Of a DNA stretch of 64,000 nucleotides, positions 15,284-26,588 are shown piece after piece. Position 1 is the first letter of the stretch; the number at the start of each line of letters is the position of its first letter. This stretch comes from Escherichia phage BEU50. The notes under the pieces were generated by a model. It saw nothing but the letters and a program-made list of their open reading frames with translations, ran no database searches and was not told the origin of the DNA. A program made the position numbers and the translations under genes. The stretch lies in the sequence record OM632671.1, one strand, 5' to 3'.

Positions 15284-15287
15284 GACA

Positions 15288-15312
15288 CAAAAATGGGAGC
15301 CCGAAGGCTCCC
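15288..15312 (-). terminator. hairpin with U-run downstream of gene 8 (minus strand)
   Basis: Inverted repeat gggagcc-cgaa-ggctccc followed on the minus strand by AUUUUUG. Confidence 0.6.
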
Positions 15313-15315
15313 TAA

Positions 15316-16320
15316 TTAAAACATAAACAAAATGTTAATTTCTTCTGTTTGGTCCATTGCCATAATAACAGGTGGTCGGTTTTCCATATAAATCATTTCA
15401 CCAGAATGACGTTGCAGGTCTCTAGGGTCGTAATAATCCTTTTCTGCTTTAACATTAGGGTCATTTGGATTTTTCTTAGCTTCTAACGGGTTTGCGATAA
15501 TTGATATCTGTCTAAAACCCTTGTTACCAGGCAAAGCTGCCTCAGGGAAATAAACAGAATCAAAATATGCTTTAAACCGCATCGTATTAGCTTTAACACG
15601 GTAAATCAAACCGTAGTCATCTTGTTGCCAAGTTAAGTTATTTTCATATCCCCAACGGGTGGGGTCTTCTTTAATTTCTTCGGGCCATGGAACTACAAGA
15701 TATTCGTTAGTGCAACGGTTAATTGACACATCGGCAGGAATCTCATAAAGATATTCCCAAATATATCCATCACCGGTTTCGATAACCCCATTAGCATCGC
15801 CTCTGCCTTCAGGAGGAGACATAGAACGAACAGACGGAGTCCATTTACCACCTAATTTAAGACATTCATCTTTATTATCTAAAGATTCTATTGAACAGAG
15901 CCCTACGTCAGGGACATCTAAACAACGGTAAATTAACCAACCGGCTCCAACTTCTGTCGCGTTGTACGGAGCAGTATTACATGCGACTATATCGTTAATT
16001 CTAAACGTGTAAGGGTCTGGATATCGCACATCTCCCCAATCACGTCTAGGAATAACAGAATCTAACATTGAAGGTAAAACTTTAACGGTACCCATCATAT
16101 GGGTCCACATATCAGTAACACCAAGAACAGAATCTGTAGGATAAGGTGGGGCGAAGCCCACCTCATTTTCATTTGACGCCCAAGGCTCTGAACGTCCAAA
16201 CGTAATATAAATGGAGTTCTTATCATCTCCATCCCCAACTGAATTGTAAAAATTCAGCATTTTCTCTGTTCTAAATTTTGATGTAACTATTGCACGATAG
16301 ATAACACTTGAATCATTCAT
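15316..16320 (-). CDS. 8: baseplate wedge protein gp8
   Basis: 334 aa, same as T4 gp8; sequence T4 gp8-like. Confidence 0.95.
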   Translation of the reverse strand: MNDSSVIYRAIVTSKFRTEKMLNFYNSVGDGDDKNSIYITFGRSEPWASNENEVGFAPPYPTDSVLGVTDMWTHMMGTVKVLPSMLDSVIPRRDWGDVRYPDPYTFRINDIVACNTAPYNATEVGAGWLIYRCLDVPDVGLCSIESLDNKDECLKLGGKWTPSVRSMSPPEGRGDANGVIETGDGYIWEYLYEIPADVSINRCTNEYLVVPWPEEIKEDPTRWGYENNLTWQQDDYGLIYRVKANTMRFKAYFDSVYFPEAALPGNKGFRQISIIANPLEAKKNPNDPNVKAEKDYYDPRDLQRHSGEMIYMENRPPVIMAMDQTEEINILFMF

Positions 16321-19300
16321 CTAATTTAACCTGTGGTGGATTCACGGGGTCTCTTGGATTTCCTACATTATCGATTAACCGTTGTTCAACCAAATCTCTA
16401 AATCTAGAGAATGTTGTTCCGGACGCATCAAATAATGGGCTCATCAGTTTACGTCGTTCCGATGGAAGTTGACCTTGAAATATGGAGTTATTGTTTTCAG
16501 CGTTATAATCTTCAGGCAATGGATAATCTTGTCCAGCCATAGGGCCTATTTCATATATCGCTTCACCTGTAATAGGGTTAAACTCAACATTTCCTTGTGG
16601 GTCTAATTTAGCCACTCGGTCTGCATATTTAGTCGGTAATCCAGAATCCCACTTATAGTTTTTGTATTTATTAATAATGGTTTCAACATGTTTAAGTGTT
16701 AATCCGGTGTTAATAAACATTGTGAGAAGGGTAATTGCGATAAATCCAAATCCAACCGGATGAACAAAACGTAATACGTCTGATTTCCAACGAGATGATG
16801 GAAGTTTAGATTTAATCTTCATTACGTAGTATGCTCTACCACGATTTATGTAATCGATGTTGTTCTGAGAAAGCTCTTTACCTTTAATACCACGAACAAT
16901 TTCACCTTCAAAACCAGGGAGTCTTTCAGCTTTAACTTCCTGTCCTTGGATTAAACGTCCTAAGAGGTTGTGAATTGTTACAGTCCATTGTAATTTACCT
17001 TTAGAGTAACTTCTCTCGATATACGTCACATTACAACGTCCTGTAGCAGTGTATATGGTTTGTCCGACCAAATCTTCTGTCAACGAATCAGATTCAATGA
17101 TGATATCATATTCGGTCCCGGAACTAGATTCAATTTCAATTTCAACATCTTCGTTATAGAGCACTTTAAACAAGAATTTATATGATGCTTCAGTTCCTTT
17201 AGTTGAATAGAAGTCATAACTTCTTGATTCAAAGAAACGAGACACTAAATCGCGTTTTTCGGCGTTTAAGTAAATGTTTCGTTTATAAATCTCAGACCAT
17301 AAGTATTCCCACGCATGTTCTTCGCGCGGATATTGATTTTTAATAAGATTCAAAAGGTTGTTATAATGGGTCCCATAACCGTCAGAAAGATACTGAATAT
17401 AAGCCTCGCAGAATGCTTCGAAGTTTGTATTGTCTAAAAGATAAGACTCTGGCATCATTGTAGTGAGCAATGGTCGTAAATCTGGGTCTGCAATACCGTT
17501 CTCTTCTACAGGAGTCCATGTGGTATCTTTTTCTTGGTTTTGTAACGATGCTGTTAAGAATATATTAGTAGGCTTCCAAATTATAGAAACATTATCTCTA
17601 ACACGATAACTAAAATCATAATAAGAAATAATCTCACCTGATGATTTATAGAAAATCATGCCGGATGCATATTTTTTAAATCCGGTGAAATCTACGTTAG
17701 GCATCACTATTGTACAGTCACCATCCTTCCAATATTCATGAACTTCACGGTCTGAAGAACTAAGTGGATGATTCTCAATAACCTTAGTGTAAAGTAAATC
17801 AGAATAAATTACAACGGCCTTGTCTGAGTTATTAATCCAACATCGGGTACCAGACTTTCTAGAATAACTAAAGAATGGCTCGGCATAGTATTCCATCGGT
17901 TGAGGAGTGAACGATTCCCATTGAGAGTCTTCAGTTGAAATAAATGCCATCATATGATAATGTTTATCAGCCAACCATTCGCGAGGATACTCATATTTAA
18001 CAGCACCGATTAAACCGTACTTGATTTGTGTTTTTGGGTCATCAACAATATCCGATTCTAAAAATTTAAAATTACTGGATGAAATAGATAACTCAACACC
18101 ATCAGTAGACATACTGGTGTACCCAGGTTCAATACGACGGCGTTCTTCTTCAGTATTACCAAACACACGTTTAAATGTGCCAGCATCATGGTCTAGAACG
18201 TAAACACCCTTATCAGCAGAATCAACAATAGGAGTAGTCCTCGGGTCATCGTTAAGATTAACAACTTCACCGATAATCAGTGCAAATATTTTACCACCGA
18301 CAGAATCCATTTTATAGCAAACTGCCTTAGGGTTACCTGTGATGTTAAATGTTTCTTGTTCAAACAAACGTTCGGAATATGTCGGAGATAACGGATCTGA
18401 ATCAATAGGGGCATTACTAGTTTTAATAAAACGAACTTTATCTCGAGCAGCAACATATACATAATCGTCATTGCAAACGATAGCTTCTGCAATACGTGAT
18501 ACGTTAGCAGGTAATGATGCATAGTTACCAAATATTTCTACATCATATCCTAAATTTAACTGGTCACCAACTTTAGCAAATGTTATATCTTGAGAACTAA
18601 ATCTCACATCATCAGCAGACCAACGAACGTCAGTTGATTTACGGCCGTAAAATAATTTATCATACCCAAGAACATACGTGGTGTAATCTGTCTGGTAATA
18701 CACTGTTCTTGATACAGGGTACCCTACACGGTCATTAAACAATTTAACCGATTTCCAGGTTTGTCCCTTATCATTAGAGACTTTAACCACAGGCTGATAC
18801 CGTTCAAACAAATAAAGAATTCCTTCGGATTCCATCAAATAAACACGGTTTATATCATTACACACCTGTTGAATCGAACCTTGAATTTCATGATACTCAT
18901 TTTCGCCAATAATGAAATTTTTAATAGATGAAATATCCGCATAAGCAGGGCTAAATTGGAACGATTCATTCATTAGAGCTGCCATTATAGTGTCGTTATT
19001 AAAATCGACATAAGCCGTGTTGTTATTTGTAAATTTTTCTCTAATAAAAGTGTTAGCCAATTGCATTTCAATCATATGTTGAAATGTATACGCGTTAGTC
19101 TGAAATGATTCAAATATTTCGGTATATACCCAATCAGATCTCTCGAAGCCTTCGGCGGCAGTTGATACACGAATAATATAAGAAGTTAATGGGTCTAAGC
19201 TACTTTCGAACCAGTTGCTATTAGGAGTATATCCTAAATTTATCCATCTGTAGCTGGCAGGGGGAATTATTTCCCCGTCTGCCGTTTTAGTCTCAGCGAT

Positions 19301-19411
19301 TTCTACGAAATAGTAGAAATTAGCACCAACGTCATCCCAGCGTATTTGAACTTGGTTAGCGGACAACTTGGATATTCTGAGACTTGTGACTGCTGGCGCT
19401 TTTACTGTCAT
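16313..19411 (-). CDS. 7: baseplate wedge protein gp7
   Basis: 1032 aa, same as T4 gp7; synteny. Confidence 0.95.
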   Translation of the reverse strand: MTVKAPAVTSLRISKLSANQVQIRWDDVGANFYYFVEIAETKTADGEIIPPASYRWINLGYTPNSNWFESSLDPLTSYIIRVSTAAEGFERSDWVYTEIFESFQTNAYTFQHMIEMQLANTFIREKFTNNNTAYVDFNNDTIMAALMNESFQFSPAYADISSIKNFIIGENEYHEIQGSIQQVCNDINRVYLMESEGILYLFERYQPVVKVSNDKGQTWKSVKLFNDRVGYPVSRTVYYQTDYTTYVLGYDKLFYGRKSTDVRWSADDVRFSSQDITFAKVGDQLNLGYDVEIFGNYASLPANVSRIAEAIVCNDDYVYVAARDKVRFIKTSNAPIDSDPLSPTYSERLFEQETFNITGNPKAVCYKMDSVGGKIFALIIGEVVNLNDDPRTTPIVDSADKGVYVLDHDAGTFKRVFGNTEEERRRIEPGYTSMSTDGVELSISSSNFKFLESDIVDDPKTQIKYGLIGAVKYEYPREWLADKHYHMMAFISTEDSQWESFTPQPMEYYAEPFFSYSRKSGTRCWINNSDKAVVIYSDLLYTKVIENHPLSSSDREVHEYWKDGDCTIVMPNVDFTGFKKYASGMIFYKSSGEIISYYDFSYRVRDNVSIIWKPTNIFLTASLQNQEKDTTWTPVEENGIADPDLRPLLTTMMPESYLLDNTNFEAFCEAYIQYLSDGYGTHYNNLLNLIKNQYPREEHAWEYLWSEIYKRNIYLNAEKRDLVSRFFESRSYDFYSTKGTEASYKFLFKVLYNEDVEIEIESSSGTEYDIIIESDSLTEDLVGQTIYTATGRCNVTYIERSYSKGKLQWTVTIHNLLGRLIQGQEVKAERLPGFEGEIVRGIKGKELSQNNIDYINRGRAYYVMKIKSKLPSSRWKSDVLRFVHPVGFGFIAITLLTMFINTGLTLKHVETIINKYKNYKWDSGLPTKYADRVAKLDPQGNVEFNPITGEAIYEIGPMAGQDYPLPEDYNAENNNSIFQGQLPSERRKLMSPLFDASGTTFSRFRDLVEQRLIDNVGNPRDPVNPPQVKLDE

Positions 19412-21381
19412 TGTGAAATAGGCTCCAAATCTATAGTTAAGTACTGAGGACGTAAGTCGTTTTCGAATACGATTAAAGAACCATCCTTTGTAAAAATAAT
19501 ATCATCTGCAGGGTCGGAATAAAGTTCAATTGTTTGAACTTCAAAACGGTCTGAAGTGAGGTCAATTTTAGCAATGTTCCAATAAATCGAATCGGCAGGA
19601 TAATTCACTTCACCAATTGAATAGTATTTGTTTCGTCCGTCAGTAACAGTAAGTTTATTAAAATCATTACCTGTATAAGGTTGTATATTTTCGTTTTCAA
19701 CAACATCGCCGTCGGCAAATGGACCAATAATAACTTGACCTATGCCACGGTCATTACGGTCAGAAGATACTATGCGAACACCATATTTAATAGTTTCGTT
19801 TGCATTTTCTGGATTAGGTCTGTGCGAATCAAACGAGAATATATTAGATTCCAACGATCTATCTTTAATCTGATTATTGTATTTAATACCGGCCTCAGGC
19901 GTTTTATAGAAGTTTTGTACTTCGCGAACCATTTGAATAGTAGCTGAAGAACCAATAATAGAAATATCTGCATCATCGACATAAGTTAGCATTTTAGATT
20001 TTGCAAACGATGAGTTAAAAATTTCTACATCTTCAATATAATATCGGTCAATTTTATTAATAATTTGCCCTTCAAGATATTGTTCTGATTCTTGGAGTTT
20101 ATTCAACGCGTATGTAACTTTGATATTCATTTTGATAAACAAATAATCAGGCGAAATAACAACAGGTGTAATAGTCCCTAAGTTATAATCATTTAAATAG
20201 TTTTTGATATCATCGCGTTGGACAGAAGTCAAATACAATCCAGATTTAGGCTTAGCAGCAATATATGCGTACCCTGGTTTAGATGAATCTGTGAATGTTT
20301 GAACCGCTTGAATAATAGAACCAAACCGCTCAGAGACGAATGTGTCATAGTCGGAAGCGGTTACACAACGTTGTTGAGTTTCGCGTTTAATTGTGCCTAA
20401 TTCGCGGATACGTTCAATATCTTCAGGGTCACCACCACCATCGGCCCCAACAAAGTCTGGGTTATTGCTAGGGTTCTCGTTAATACCGATTACAGTGATA
20501 TTAGCTAATGTATCAGCATAAGAAAATCCTACAGCACCGTTAGCATCTGCGCCATTAGTAGAAATATACTCAATTACGATTTTAGAACCCTGAACAGGTT
20601 TAAGGCCACCAATATAGTTAGACGTTAACGCACCTTCTGACGTGTTAATAGAGATTTCGCCTTCACCAAAATAAAATTCGGTGTTCCCGTCAACTGTTTC
20701 ACGCATATAATAGATTGTTGACGTAGAACCAGCGTGAACCATCGACTTACGAGTCCAGTTAATCCATTCTGCTCCGTCAACATACAACTTAACCAAATTA
20801 CGGTCAATATTCTTATCACGAATAATGATAGGTTTTAATTTATCAAATGTTAATTCAGTGCGAACAATACGTCCTTGAGCTAATCGAAGACGTGGAAAAT
20901 ATTGGTTATTTTTGTCTTTAACTACAATGACATCTTCAGTAGAAACAAAGTTATACGGGTTAACAGAAGTATCTTTAGCGTATGCTAAGAAACGAGTGCC
21001 ACGTGGAATGGTGATATAGTTTCTATTTAATGCATCCGTACATGTGAGCATAATTTCTGTTTGTGCTGCTGATTTAGATGAAGGCAGATATCCGTTATCT
21101 TGAGCCGCTTGTACAACAGAACTACGCAAGTTTGCAGTACGCATAAAACTTTCATACACTGCACTATTACTGAACTGTTGGATGTAAAGAGTGTTATATG
21201 CTAAAAGGTCGCACAATACGTTTAAACGCGAACCTTCAAAATCATAATCAAGAAATTCATTCTGTCCATTGAGCCATTCGATAATGTTTTGTTTGATTTC
21301 GGCAAATGTGCCCCCGATAAAAATCTCGGGAATAGCATTCGCTGTTCGGGTTAATTGATAATTTACAGGAGTGTTTGCCAT
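19408..21381 (-). CDS. 6: baseplate wedge protein gp6
   Basis: Start set at MANTPVNYQLTRTANAIPEIF (T4 gp6 N-terminus); the track ORF begins 19 codons earlier. Confidence 0.93.
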   Translation of the reverse strand: MANTPVNYQLTRTANAIPEIFIGGTFAEIKQNIIEWLNGQNEFLDYDFEGSRLNVLCDLLAYNTLYIQQFSNSAVYESFMRTANLRSSVVQAAQDNGYLPSSKSAAQTEIMLTCTDALNRNYITIPRGTRFLAYAKDTSVNPYNFVSTEDVIVVKDKNNQYFPRLRLAQGRIVRTELTFDKLKPIIIRDKNIDRNLVKLYVDGAEWINWTRKSMVHAGSTSTIYYMRETVDGNTEFYFGEGEISINTSEGALTSNYIGGLKPVQGSKIVIEYISTNGADANGAVGFSYADTLANITVIGINENPSNNPDFVGADGGGDPEDIERIRELGTIKRETQQRCVTASDYDTFVSERFGSIIQAVQTFTDSSKPGYAYIAAKPKSGLYLTSVQRDDIKNYLNDYNLGTITPVVISPDYLFIKMNIKVTYALNKLQESEQYLEGQIINKIDRYYIEDVEIFNSSFAKSKMLTYVDDADISIIGSSATIQMVREVQNFYKTPEAGIKYNNQIKDRSLESNIFSFDSHRPNPENANETIKYGVRIVSSDRNDRGIGQVIIGPFADGDVVENENIQPYTGNDFNKLTVTDGRNKYYSIGEVNYPADSIYWNIAKIDLTSDRFEVQTIELYSDPADDIIFTKDGSLIVFENDLRPQYLTIDLEPISQ

Positions 21382-21389
21382 TTTAATTC

Positions 21390-21683
21390 CTATTTTATAA
21401 AGACTTTTGACGAGGCCTGAGAAACAGTATCCCCGCATGAAATTGGGTCAGCCATTTGAACGGCCTTTTTACCGGTGACGTATACTTTAGATGTACGAGG
21501 TTCAGTAACACCTCCATGAGTCTCGTATGGTTTTTTAATTTCTGTATGAGGTGTTATTTGGTCTCCTGCTACAAGAACAGGAATACCGCCGGTGAACACT
21601 TTAGATTGGGAAGCATTTATTACAGTAGGAGGCCATGCTTCATGACCTGTTGTAACGCACTTGTCGTAACTTAAGCCAGACAT
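21390..21683 (-). CDS. 5.4: PAAR-repeat tail spike tip protein gp5.4
   Basis: 97 aa from [30 protein letters not shown]..., near-identical to recalled T4 gp5.4. Confidence 0.88.
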   Translation of the reverse strand: MSGLSYDKCVTTGHEAWPPTVINASQSKVFTGGIPVLVAGDQITPHTEIKKPYETHGGVTEPRTSKVYVTGKKAVQMADPISCGDTVSQASSKVFIK

Positions 21684-21685
21684 TT

Positions 21686-22201
21686 TCACGGCCTCACATA
21701 AACATAGTTTCGTAATTGATGAGCCCATTTGCTCCAATTTCCTACTATAGTTTTTGTATAAACCTTAGTAAGAGTTTTTTGTACTGGAGCCGGTGGAGGT
21801 TCTGTACCAGAGTCACTTCTAGAACCGCCTGATGAACTTTCTTCTTGGTAGTTATAAATCATTTCAACCGTATAACTAAACACTTTACGAAGATTCTGAG
21901 GAGCTCTCCACAAATATAACTGTGTGGACTCATCTTTTGGTAAATCATCCCATGAAGATGCGGTTTCAAAATCATCATTTAATCGGTATTTCAATGCGTC
22001 CGAAGAAAAGCTAAACACACTTTCATATGTTCCATATAAACGATTACCATCTACCGTAATGCCTTGTGTCGGTTCATAATCTGTTATATTTATTGACACT
22101 AAAGTTTCGGTTGTTTCTAACTGTGGAGTAAAAAGGACGTCAATAGACGCCCCTTCCATGTCTTCTCCTAAGTCGGTATTTAAAGGAAGTATTTGTGCCA
22201 T
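21686..22201 (-). CDS. 5.1: gp5.1-like protein
   Basis: 171 aa ORF immediately downstream of gene 5, in the 5.1 position. Confidence 0.6.
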   Translation of the reverse strand: MAQILPLNTDLGEDMEGASIDVLFTPQLETTETLVSINITDYEPTQGITVDGNRLYGTYESVFSFSSDALKYRLNDDFETASSWDDLPKDESTQLYLWRAPQNLRKVFSYTVEMIYNYQEESSSGGSRSDSGTEPPPAPVQKTLTKVYTKTIVGNWSKWAHQLRNYVYVRP

Positions 22202-22204
22202 ATA

Positions 22205-23938
22205 TTACCCAATATCAATACGAGATCCGTCAACAGTGTATTGTCCTGAAGCTACTGAGCTCATTGTAGACATTGTTTCTGCCCAATCCCCGGCAACAGT
22301 CATATCAACATTACCATTAACAGTCCATTTAACGTTTCCGTTGACGGTGTAATCATGATTCCCTTCGACCTGAGTTTTAGCATCACCTTTAACAAGAATA
22401 TCTGCATTTCCGTCAACAACTATTTTGATATTACCCTTAACGTAAAGAGTTCCATCGCCTTCAACAGTTTTAGTTTGGTTACCACGAATAAAGATTGTGT
22501 CATTGCCGTCTATTTGATGGAGGCGGTCTGCCATGTTATAATATATTTCATTAGCACCAACGTTAACAAGCTTATCGCCAGAAATCAAGAAGTTCCCATC
22601 GCCATTAGTGATGTCAAAAAGGTCTTCTACAGTTTTACGAGTACGACGCCCAGACGGAGAAACTTCCTCATATGACCCTGTTGGATGAACTAAGCGATAA
22701 CGTTCATTACCTGGAGTATCGTCAAATTCTTGGATATGACCACTTTCTGTTTCCATAGCATGAACATATGGGTACTCACCACGATAACTTGATTCCGGTT
22801 CTTTAAAAAGGATGCGTGAATCTAATGGAACAGGAGGACCAGCCGGGTCTTCTGAATCGGTATTTCTAGTAACTAAATCGGCACCAACTCCTGGTGAAGG
22901 CGGTGTTTTAACAGGAACACCGTATGATTCCATGTTACCGGTTAAAATAATTGTTGTTACACGTGAAGCGCGTCCTTTAGTCTGTTGGAACCATAATGAA
23001 TCGCGCCCGGATTTGTATGCAGTTTTCCAATCACCTTCGGCCATTGCTTTAAGCATAGTATTGAATTTTGCTACACCACCAACGCCCATTTGGAAGCACA
23101 TGTTTTCTAATGCCATTTGGCGAGATCTGTTCATTTTAGCATAAACAGGACCTACTTTAGAATTAGAACGAATGTCTTTCTGCATCTTAGCAAGGTCCTT
23201 CTCAAATAACGCTGTTGCTTCTTCTAATGTAATAGTTCCCGGATTTCCTGTTACTTCACGCCCTACTTGATCAGATAACAATTTATTAATTCGAGACATA
23301 TCTCGGGTCTTTTCCATTACGATAAGGTGTCCAATACCTACTGTAGGATACCCGAGATGGTCCCAATACACTTTATCACGAAGACCTTCGTCACGACGTA
23401 ACATTTCTGTTATTGTAAAATTAGGGTCATCATCTTCTGGAATATTTGCTAAATCTGTATCATCTGGGTTTATACCATAATCCAAGTTGTTATCTTGAAT
23501 TACGTTAGAGTTCGAATAATAACCAGCTTCACCACCTTGGTTTAATACGTTCGTATCATTACCTAAACGTCGCGGATACTGGCCTGTCGGGTCTGAAAAA
23601 CCTTCAAGTCTATTAGGCTTTTCACGTACGATTCCGCCATATGTACCAAGTACAATACCGTTTGTTTTCCATTTGTCTAAGAAATGACCATATACTCGAG
23701 TTCCTTCAACAGGACCTGTAACAGAACCACCAATACCTGACATTGATGCAGACGTAATAGGTTGAATAACAGTCATCCATGGAAGTTTTTCTGTAGGAAT
23801 ACCTTGTACGTCACCTTGTGCTCTCTGCGCTGGATGAAGACCAACGACTCGAACTCGAACTCGCCCTTGTTTTAATGGGTCCATTCTGTCCTCGACAACA
23901 CCCACGAACCAATTAAGGCTACTGCTAATCATTTCCAT
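22205..23938 (-). CDS. 5: baseplate hub subunit and tail lysozyme gp5
   Basis: 577 aa; central lysozyme domain; C-terminal VxGxxxxx beta-helix repeats. Confidence 0.95.
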   Translation of the reverse strand: MEMISSSLNWFVGVVEDRMDPLKQGRVRVRVVGLHPAQRAQGDVQGIPTEKLPWMTVIQPITSASMSGIGGSVTGPVEGTRVYGHFLDKWKTNGIVLGTYGGIVREKPNRLEGFSDPTGQYPRRLGNDTNVLNQGGEAGYYSNSNVIQDNNLDYGINPDDTDLANIPEDDDPNFTITEMLRRDEGLRDKVYWDHLGYPTVGIGHLIVMEKTRDMSRINKLLSDQVGREVTGNPGTITLEEATALFEKDLAKMQKDIRSNSKVGPVYAKMNRSRQMALENMCFQMGVGGVAKFNTMLKAMAEGDWKTAYKSGRDSLWFQQTKGRASRVTTIILTGNMESYGVPVKTPPSPGVGADLVTRNTDSEDPAGPPVPLDSRILFKEPESSYRGEYPYVHAMETESGHIQEFDDTPGNERYRLVHPTGSYEEVSPSGRRTRKTVEDLFDITNGDGNFLISGDKLVNVGANEIYYNMADRLHQIDGNDTIFIRGNQTKTVEGDGTLYVKGNIKIVVDGNADILVKGDAKTQVEGNHDYTVNGNVKWTVNGNVDMTVAGDWAETMSTMSSVASGQYTVDGSRIDIG

Positions 23939-24513
23939 TATGCAATCTCCATCTCACGAATCAAATCAGTAATAAACGAGTTTATATCTTCTTTTGCAAC
24001 AATTTTTATTTTACGAAGTTTTTCATTATCTAATACTGCCGCTTCATAAGTATCTACTGCAGCTAAAGGTCCTTTATATTGTGGATACTTACGAGCTTCA
24101 TCACCTTTATCGTACCACACTAAAGGCTCGTCTGGATATGAAACCAAATTGTAAAATTTCTCACGGTTCTCGTTAATATGATAAAGAATTTGGTCTCCGC
24201 CGGCATTTGCATATTTCTGAATAGAAGCTTGATACGCTGCTTCCTGAGATGTAATCCAACCATAATACGGATCATAGTTGTCATTACACATCAAAAGGAC
24301 CCAGTATAATTGAGGGTTGCCATAAATTATGTTTGCTAGTTCTTCAGGACGTGGAGAGCCTTTAATGTAATAAGAACGTAATCTATAATTGGCAGCCACA
24401 CGCTTAAAGTACTCTTTATAATTACGAAATATGTCCGTCATAGGAATAGTAGGTGCGTTCTTATTAACTGTTTTAGCACTATATCCTATCGGGTCGAAGA
24501 ATGTAAATAACAA
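23938..24513 (-). CDS. 53: baseplate wedge protein gp53
   Basis: 191 aa; position between 5 and divergently transcribed gene 4. Confidence 0.9.
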   Translation of the reverse strand: MLFTFFDPIGYSAKTVNKNAPTIPMTDIFRNYKEYFKRVAANYRLRSYYIKGSPRPEELANIIYGNPQLYWVLLMCNDNYDPYYGWITSQEAAYQASIQKYANAGGDQILYHINENREKFYNLVSYPDEPLVWYDKGDEARKYPQYKGPLAAVDTYEAAVLDNEKLRKIKIVAKEDINSFITDLIREMEIA

Positions 24514-24540
24514 GATAGTCTCCTTCCAATATGAAATTGG

Positions 24541-24548
24541 TATAAATA
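24541..24548 (+). promoter_or_regulatory. T4-type late promoter (TATAAATA) for gene 4
   Basis: tataaata 27 nt upstream of gp4 ATG, followed by SD aaggagg. Confidence 0.65.
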
Positions 24549-24555
24549 ATAATAC

Positions 24556-24563
24556 TATTTATA
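24556..24563 (-). promoter_or_regulatory. T4-type late promoter (TATAAATA) for gene 53, divergent from the gene 4 promoter
   Basis: tatttata on plus strand, about 45 nt upstream of gp53 start. Confidence 0.55.
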
Positions 24564-24574
24564 AGGAGGACAAC

Positions 24575-25024
24575 ATGGCCTACTCTGGTAAATGGGTCCC
24601 AAAAAATTTAAAAAAATACCGTGGAGACCATACCAAAATAACGTATCGTTCAAACTGGGAAAAATTCTTTTTCGAATGGTTGGATAAAAATCCAGAAATT
24701 ATTGCATGGGGTAGTGAAACAGCAGTAATTCCATATTTTTGTAATGCTGAAGGTAAGAAACGTCGATACTATATGGACATATGGATGAAAGATGCATCAG
24801 GTCAAGAGTTCTTTGTAGAAATAAAACCAAAGAAAGAAACTCAACCACCTATTAAGCCTGCAAATCTTACGACTGCAGCAAAGAAACGTTATATGAACGA
24901 GATCTACGTGTGGTCTGTGAACTGTGATAAATGGAAAGCTGCGTCAGCTGTTGCTGAAAAGAGAAATATAAAATTTCGAGTTCTAACCGAAGATGGTCTT
25001 AGAAAACTCGGATACAAGGGGTAA
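24575..25024 (+). CDS. 4: head completion protein gp4
   Basis: [48 protein letters not shown]... near-identical to recalled T4 gp4; start set at ATG after the SD. Confidence 0.93.
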   Translation: MAYSGKWVPKNLKKYRGDHTKITYRSNWEKFFFEWLDKNPEIIAWGSETAVIPYFCNAEGKKRRYYMDIWMKDASGQEFFVEIKPKKETQPPIKPANLTTAAKKRYMNEIYVWSVNCDKWKAASAVAEKRNIKFRVLTEDGLRKLGYKG

Positions 25025-25026
25025 TT

Positions 25027-25848
25027 ATGAGCATATTCCAAATTATATCTGAAGGCGTACAAGCCCCTAAGATTGCTCAGTCTATGAATGAAAGAAAATG
25101 GATTGAGATAGGATTAGAATACAAGAAAGCTAAAGAGAAAGGAATCACTGCAAAAGCATTTGCAGAATCAAAAGGAATAAAATACTCGTCGTTTACATCT
25201 GCAATGTCTAGATATGCATCATCTATTAAGACTGCACAGAAAATTGAAACGCTTGAATCTAAACCTAAAAATAAACTCAATAAACAAGAACGTCAACTTC
25301 TGATGATAAACTCGTTTCGCAGTTCAATACGAGAAAAGATTAGAAATGAAGGCGCAGCAGTAAACAACAAATCATCTAAGTGGTTTGTTGAAACAATTAA
25401 GAAAAGTGTAAAAGGTCATAAAGTAGTCAAGCCTACGCCAGGCAAAATTTATACTTACGTGTATGATGCTAAACATAAAGATACTCTGCCGTATTGGGAC
25501 CGATATCCTTTGATTATTTATTTAGGATTAGGTAAACATAATTTGATGTACGGGTTAAACTTGCACTATATCCCACCTAAAGCACGTCAACAGTTTCTTG
25601 AAGAATTGCTGAAGCAATATGCTAGCACAACTACTATTACTAATAACACAAAGTTGAAGATAGACTGGAGCAAGGTGAAAGGATTTCAAGGTGCGGACAA
25701 AATGATTAAAGCATACCTGCCAGGCCACATTAGAGGAACAATAACAGAAATAGCTCCTAAAGACTGGGCTAACATAATCATGTTACCTACTCAGCAATTT
25801 ATGTCAAAAGGAAAACGTTTCTCTGCGAATACTGTTTGGAAATCTTAA
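25027..25848 (+). CDS. 2: DNA end protector protein gp2
   Basis: 273 aa (T4 gp2 about 274 aa); synteny 4-2-3-1. Confidence 0.75.
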   Translation: MSIFQIISEGVQAPKIAQSMNERKWIEIGLEYKKAKEKGITAKAFAESKGIKYSSFTSAMSRYASSIKTAQKIETLESKPKNKLNKQERQLLMINSFRSSIREKIRNEGAAVNNKSSKWFVETIKKSVKGHKVVKPTPGKIYTYVYDAKHKDTLPYWDRYPLIIYLGLGKHNLMYGLNLHYIPPKARQQFLEELLKQYASTTTITNNTKLKIDWSKVKGFQGADKMIKAYLPGHIRGTITEIAPKDWANIIMLPTQQFMSKGKRFSANTVWKS

Positions 25849-25950
25849 TTCTATTCTCTTCCGTTCTTCTGATATTCTGTTGAACCAGATTAATGGAAGA
25901 GACCTAAAACCATTATACTGCATTTTTATTAAAGCGTTTTTGAGGTGCTT

Positions 25951-26535
25951 ATGACTCGTCCAACGAGACAGATTTTTAACCAAACAAATATAACAAACTT
26001 TGTTGTGGATATCCCGGATAGTACACGAACTTCAGGTTTTGTGCTCAATGCCCAAACGGCTCCATTGCCAGGTGTGAGAATTCCTGTTGTTGAAACTGTG
26101 ACAGGCACAATGGGGTTAGGACGTGCAATGCGTGCAGGCACCACATTTGAATATGACCCTTTTGTTGTACGATTTATAGTTGATGAAGACATGACGTCCT
26201 GGATGAACATGTATAAATGGATGCTCAGCACTAATAACTATATAACCGGACATAATACGGCCCACTCCGATGGTCCTGAGTTTGTTACTTTGCACATTTT
26301 AAACAACAATAAGACTGAAGTAGTTTTGACGGCAAATTTCTATAAACCATGGATTTCCGATCTGAGCGAAATTGAATTTAGTTACACTGAAGATTCTGAC
26401 CCTGCCGTTACGTGCGTAGCAACTATTCACTATGCGTATATGACGATAGAAAAGGATGGTGAAGTCATTGTATCTCAACAACCGCGTCAAGCGGTCGAAT
26501 CTAAATCCATTTCTAGACACCCTTCCTTGCGTTAA
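25951..26535 (+). CDS. 3: tail completion / tube terminator protein gp3
   Basis: Synteny between 2 and 1; ATG at 25951 preceded by gagg; the track ORF starts at GTG 25945. Confidence 0.7.
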   Translation: MTRPTRQIFNQTNITNFVVDIPDSTRTSGFVLNAQTAPLPGVRIPVVETVTGTMGLGRAMRAGTTFEYDPFVVRFIVDEDMTSWMNMYKWMLSTNNYITGHNTAHSDGPEFVTLHILNNNKTEVVLTANFYKPWISDLSEIEFSYTEDSDPAVTCVATIHYAYMTIEKDGEVIVSQQPRQAVESKSISRHPSLR

Positions 26536-26588
26536 TCGCTTCTAGCTCCGTATGTTATAATCACTCATAAATTATATGAGGAAAACCT